Assembly: GCF_035594765.1 (NCBI RefSeq) | Contig: NC_085842.1 | Span: 77,352,782-77,416,781 of the forward strand | DNA length: 64,000 nt | From: Anolis carolinensis | Taxonomy: Eukaryota | Direction of reading: 5' to 3' | Position numbers and translations under genes: made by a program | Shown here: positions 63,800 through 64,000 of the stretch, in pieces | Numbering within the stretch: position 1 is the first letter of the stretch | How the letters are laid out: the number at the start of each line of letters is the position of its first letter | The notes under the pieces: model-generated | Database searches by the model: none | What the model was told of the DNA's origin: nothing | What the model saw: only the letters and a program-made list of their open reading frames with translations

Positions 63800-64000
63800 T
63801 AGAGCTGGGGATTTGAGAGCTATGTTTAAATATTTGAAATGTTATCACAGTGATGAGTGGGCAAGCTTGTTTTCTGCAGCTCTGAAGACTAGGATACAGA
63901 GGAATGGATTCAAATTGCAGGAAAAGAAATTCCACCTAAACATCGGCAATAAAGCTGTTCACCGGTAGAATAGGCTGCTGCCTTGCAGCATGGTGGGGTC
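63800..64000 (+). mobile_element. CR1 LINE fragment (runs off the window)
   Basis: GDLRAMFKYLK...LFSAALKTRIQRNGFKLQEKKFHLNI. Confidence 0.8.

Noticed and set aside
50418-64000. Expected upstream PRKCD C2-like exons
   Set aside because: No match to the LDLQPQAKV-type exon found by eye; probably beyond the window, in an intron longer than 13 kb. A tBLASTn would confirm.

Overview
Eukaryotic (vertebrate) genomic DNA, almost certainly a squamate and probably Anolis-like, judged from Sauria SINEs, CR1, L2, Vingi and Tc1/hAT MITE families. The window holds two convergent multi-exon genes. (1) The 3' part of PFKFB4 (6-phosphofructo-2-kinase/fructose-2,6-bisphosphatase 4) lies on + with 9 internal coding exons at 2657-14305. 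It has two homologous, mutually alternative 60-nt terminal coding exons at 17695-17754 and 22141-22200. (2) The 3' part of PRKCD (protein kinase C delta) lies on - with 14 coding exons from 50417 down to the stop at 30336; its C2-domain exons were not found in the window. The first 2 kb is the 5' end of a Ty3/Gypsy (Tf1/sushi-type) LTR retrotransposon on -, sitting in a PFKFB4 intron. Its gag ORF is uninterrupted (>535 codons) and missing from the supplied ORF track. It has no tRNA primer site; instead the first 11 nt of the predicted transcript are perfectly complementary to the primer-binding position, the signature of self-priming. Introns carry many TEs: a ~3.8-kb L2, a solo LTR, a Helitron with a nested MITE, a Vingi LINE and its partner SINE, and Penelope-derived pieces. 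There is also a candidate intronic C/D-box snoRNA. Most short ORFs in the supplied track are spurious. All calls were made by eye; TE family names are recognitions, not database hits.
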